In this document: piece after piece, positions 61,370 through 64,000 of the stretch | How the letters are laid out: each line of letters starts with the position of its first letter | How positions within the stretch are numbered: position 1 is the stretch's first letter | Assembly (NCBI GenBank): GCA_965198225.1 | Contig: CBDAOY010000007.1 | Location: forward strand, 608,001-672,000 | Length of the DNA stretch: 64,000 nucleotides | DNA from: Terriglobia bacterium | Lineage (GTDB): Bacteria > Acidobacteriota > Terriglobia > 20CM-2-55-15 | Direction: 5' to 3' | Position numbers and translations under genes: made by a program | Notes under the pieces: generated by a model | Databases searched by the model: none | What the model was told of the DNA's origin: nothing | What the model saw: only the letters and a program-made list of their open reading frames with translations

Positions 61370-62054
61370 GACGGTGCGCTTTCGAGGATGTCGACGCTCG
61401 AGCTGGAACCCAGCCGCGACGCTCCCGCATCGAGAAGGGCCCGGGCCTGGCCGTAGGTCCGGATACCGCCGGCAGCCTTGATTCCAACGGATTCCTCCAG
61501 GTTCAGGCGCAGGAATCGAACGTCTTCCAGCGTAGCTCCGCGCGGAGCGTATCCGGTCGAAGTCTTCACGAAATCCGGTCGAACACGGTTGGCGATCGTC
61601 ACGATCCGATGCAGGTCGTCTTCGGTGAGGTACGCGGTTTCGATTATGAATTTGGTTCCCATGCCCAGTTTCCGTCCGAGCCGATTGAGCCTTTCGATCT
61701 CTTCACCGAGCTGTTCGAAACGGCCCGATCTTACCTGCGAGACGTTCGTAACGACATCCACTTCGTGCGCACCATTCCCGGCCGCGCGACGCATCTCGTC
61801 TTCCTTCGTCGCTGTAGGCCAGCCGCTCGCGGATTTCGACCGGTGAAGGTGCACCCGAACGGGAATGCCACCACGGTAGTGACGCGCACCCCGCTCCCGG
61901 CGAGCAACTCTCTGGCCGTCGTCACGTAGAACGGGAAGACGCAGACCGCATAGGTCCTGTAGCGCACCGCTTCGCCGCAGATCCGGTGGACATCCTCCTC
62001 CGTCGAGTTCGGCCGCAGCAGCGTGTGCTCGATGTGGCTGGCAAGATCACTCAA
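61366..62054 (-). pseudogene. deoC: Deoxyribose-phosphate aldolase interrupted by a ~29-nt insertion
   Basis: IEHTLL and VVAFPFG in one frame; EVDVV, KFIIET, FVKTSTG, IKAAGGI and RLGSS in another. Confidence 0.9.
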
Positions 62055-62595
62055 GATCCAACACCTTCACGTCGGGCAGGTGCCGGTAGCGCTGGGCGAA
62101 ATCGAGCCCGTAACCGACCACGAACACATCCGGGATCCGAAAACCGACGTAGTCCAGGGCGTGCGCTCCCTCGCCGTTTCCCGTTTTTTCCAAGAACGTT
62201 GCGAATCGGACCGATTTCGCACCGAGCGCCTCAGTTCGTTCGCGGATGAAATCGATCGTCAGGCCCGTCTCGACGATGTCCTCGATGATCAACACGTCTT
62301 TGCCCTCGAGGGAAAGATCCGAATCATGGAGCAGTTCGACCTTGCCCGAAGATGACGTCCCATCACGGTAGCTTCGCACGGACATGAAATCGAGGGTGAC
62401 CTCCAGTTCTGGAGCCATCGCCCGGACCAGGTCGGCCGCGAAGACGAAACCGCCCCTCAAGACGACCAGCGCCACCATTTCCGAATTCGCGTAGTCGGCG
62501 GAGATCTCGCGAGCCAGTTCGGCGACCCGGATCGCGATCTGCTCTCCGGATATCAGTACACCGTTGTGCAATCGGGATTTAGGGGCGCTTTCCAT
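62047..62595 (-). CDS. hpt: Hypoxanthine phosphoribosyltransferase
   Basis: VLRGG, VLIIEDIVETGLT and FVVGYGLD motifs. Confidence 0.96.
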   Translation of the reverse strand: MESAPKSRLHNGVLISGEQIAIRVAELAREISADYANSEMVALVVLRGGFVFAADLVRAMAPELEVTLDFMSVRSYRDGTSSSGKVELLHDSDLSLEGKDVLIIEDIVETGLTIDFIRERTEALGAKSVRFATFLEKTGNGEGAHALDYVGFRIPDVFVVGYGLDFAQRYRHLPDVKVLDLE

Positions 62596-62676
62596 CTCGC
62601 TAGTGTATCTTCAGGGTTGGCGAATTCCCATACAAGTCTCCGGCGGCGACGCCGCGAGACGCACCCGATGTGGCGG

Positions 62677-62705
62677 TTGACTTTGGGTCGAAAGGGGAAT
62701 ATAAA
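62677..62705 (+). promoter_or_regulatory. Sigma70-like promoter
   Basis: TTGACT-17 nt-TATAAA upstream of the gene at 62744. Confidence 0.6.
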
Positions 62706-62743
62706 CGCCTTTAAAGAAAAGAACTTATCGGTGGAGGATTACA

Positions 62744-63808
62744 ATGCTGCTGCGAAGAGCAAGCCTCGTTCTTGTCTCGCTGGCGACACTGACCAGTCTG
62801 GCTCACGCGCAGGCGACAGGCCAGCGTCGGCCCCAAGCCCAGGAGTTCACCATTCGTGGCAAGATCATGTTCGACTCGCCCTATCCTCCCGACGAGCGGA
62901 TCGAGGTCCGGCTGGAGAGAGCGGGCCGCCAGCTGATAGACACCGTTTTTTCCGACAGCATCGGGAACTTCCTGTTCCGGAACCTCCTGCCCGATCAGTA
63001 CTTCGTCGCCATCGATCTGGAGGGGTACGAACCAGTCCGGGAGAGGGTCGAGCTCTCGTCGTCTTTTACGCGCTCAGCGACCCTGAACATTTTTCTGAAT
63101 TCGAAGACCGTCATCCGGAGAACCGAAGAACGCGGTTTCGAGGGGGATCCGAAGGTAGTCGACATCAATGAGCTGAGGATGGATTACCCGGACAAGGCCG
63201 TCGAGGAGTACGAGAAGGCACTTAAGGAAGCCGAGAAGGGCAACGCCAAGAAGGCCGTGGATCGGTTGGAAAAGGCCGTTGAACTTGCGCCCGATTTCTA
63301 CCAGGCCCAGAACAATCTGGGAGTTCAGTACAAAGCGCTCAGACGCTATCGGGACGCGGAGCGAACCCTCGGGATAGCCCGCGACCTCAACCGAAACGCG
63401 GCTCAACCCCTGATCAATCTGGGTTCCATGTATGTCGAGGAAGCCCAGGAGCAGATCAACAGCGGCGAGGAGGAACGTGCGCTCGCCACCTACCAGAAGG
63501 CTGTTGCTTCGCTGGAAGAGGCGATCGTCCTCGACGCATTCTCGGCGTCTGCGAGATACTTCCTGGGTACCGCACTCTACAAGACGGCTGCATTGGAGAG
63601 AGCTGAGACGACGCTGTTGCGGGCGCTCGAGCTCGAGGAAGACTACCACGTCGTTCGACTGATGCTTGTCAACGTCTACGTGAAGCAGGCCCGCTACAAC
63701 GATGTATTGACGCAGCTCACGGAGTTTCTTGAGAGGAATCCGGACGACCCGCAGAGCGAGGCGGTTCGAGCGATGAAGCAGCAGATCGAGAAGGCCCTCC
63801 AAAACTAG
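62744..63808 (+). CDS. Secreted protein with carboxypeptidase-regulatory-like domain and TPRs
   Basis: GGAGG RBS, signal peptide, SDSIGNFLFRNLLPDQY, TPR repeats. Confidence 0.85.
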   Translation: MLLRRASLVLVSLATLTSLAHAQATGQRRPQAQEFTIRGKIMFDSPYPPDERIEVRLERAGRQLIDTVFSDSIGNFLFRNLLPDQYFVAIDLEGYEPVRERVELSSSFTRSATLNIFLNSKTVIRRTEERGFEGDPKVVDINELRMDYPDKAVEEYEKALKEAEKGNAKKAVDRLEKAVELAPDFYQAQNNLGVQYKALRRYRDAERTLGIARDLNRNAAQPLINLGSMYVEEAQEQINSGEEERALATYQKAVASLEEAIVLDAFSASARYFLGTALYKTAALERAETTLLRALELEEDYHVVRLMLVNVYVKQARYNDVLTQLTEFLERNPDDPQSEAVRAMKQQIEKALQN

Positions 63809-63947
63809 CGCTGAAACAATCGGGCGGGACTTCTCTGGGACTCCTGCCCGATCCCGACCCACCGTCCTCCCGTCGGTTATCGTCCTAAACCCTTACCTTA
63901 AGCGCCGGCCCTCGTGGTAGAAAGAGGCCACTTCTTCTTGCAGCACG

Positions 63948-64000
63948 ATGACGATTCCCGAACTCCGAGAATGTGCTCGCCAGATCTGGGAAGCCTCCCT
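63948..64000 (+). CDS. Start of a CDS, possibly glycerate 2-kinase (partial)
   Basis: MTIPELRECARQIWEAS resembles the N-terminus of GckA/TtuD proteins; only 17 codons are visible. Confidence 0.35.
   Translation, partial: MTIPELRECARQIWEAS

Overview
GC-rich bacterial chromosomal window. Gene content (TPR-rich secreted proteins, GAF-GAF-PP2C, rnc-lepB order, ACIII-like cluster) suggests Acidobacteriota, which is an inference. Most of it is housekeeping: dinB, smc, purC, nadA, apt, yceD-rpmF-plsX-fabD-acpP-fabF, ETF-QO, folD-coaE, asnS, rnc, lepB, uvrB, suhB, deoC, hpt and tRNA-Arg(CCT). There is no CRISPR array, prophage or recognisable defence island. The most notable items are: (1) a tandem array of ~160-bp nested-hairpin units at 33373-34317 with a compensatory base-pair change, belonging to a family of intergenic palindromic repeats that abut stop codons; (2) a three-level nested REPIN/MITE/REPIN at 23096-23365; (3) a signal-peptide-less, cysteine-poor bacterial DNase II gene (frameshifted); (4) an apparently nuclease-dead UvrC/Cho paralog that keeps the Fe-S and UVR modules; (5) a reduced five-gene alternative complex III/Qrc-like operon; (6) a decayed IS256 with an 8-bp target duplication inserted inside a repeat element. 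Several small lesions (smc 5' end, deoC, DNase II) may be assembly errors.
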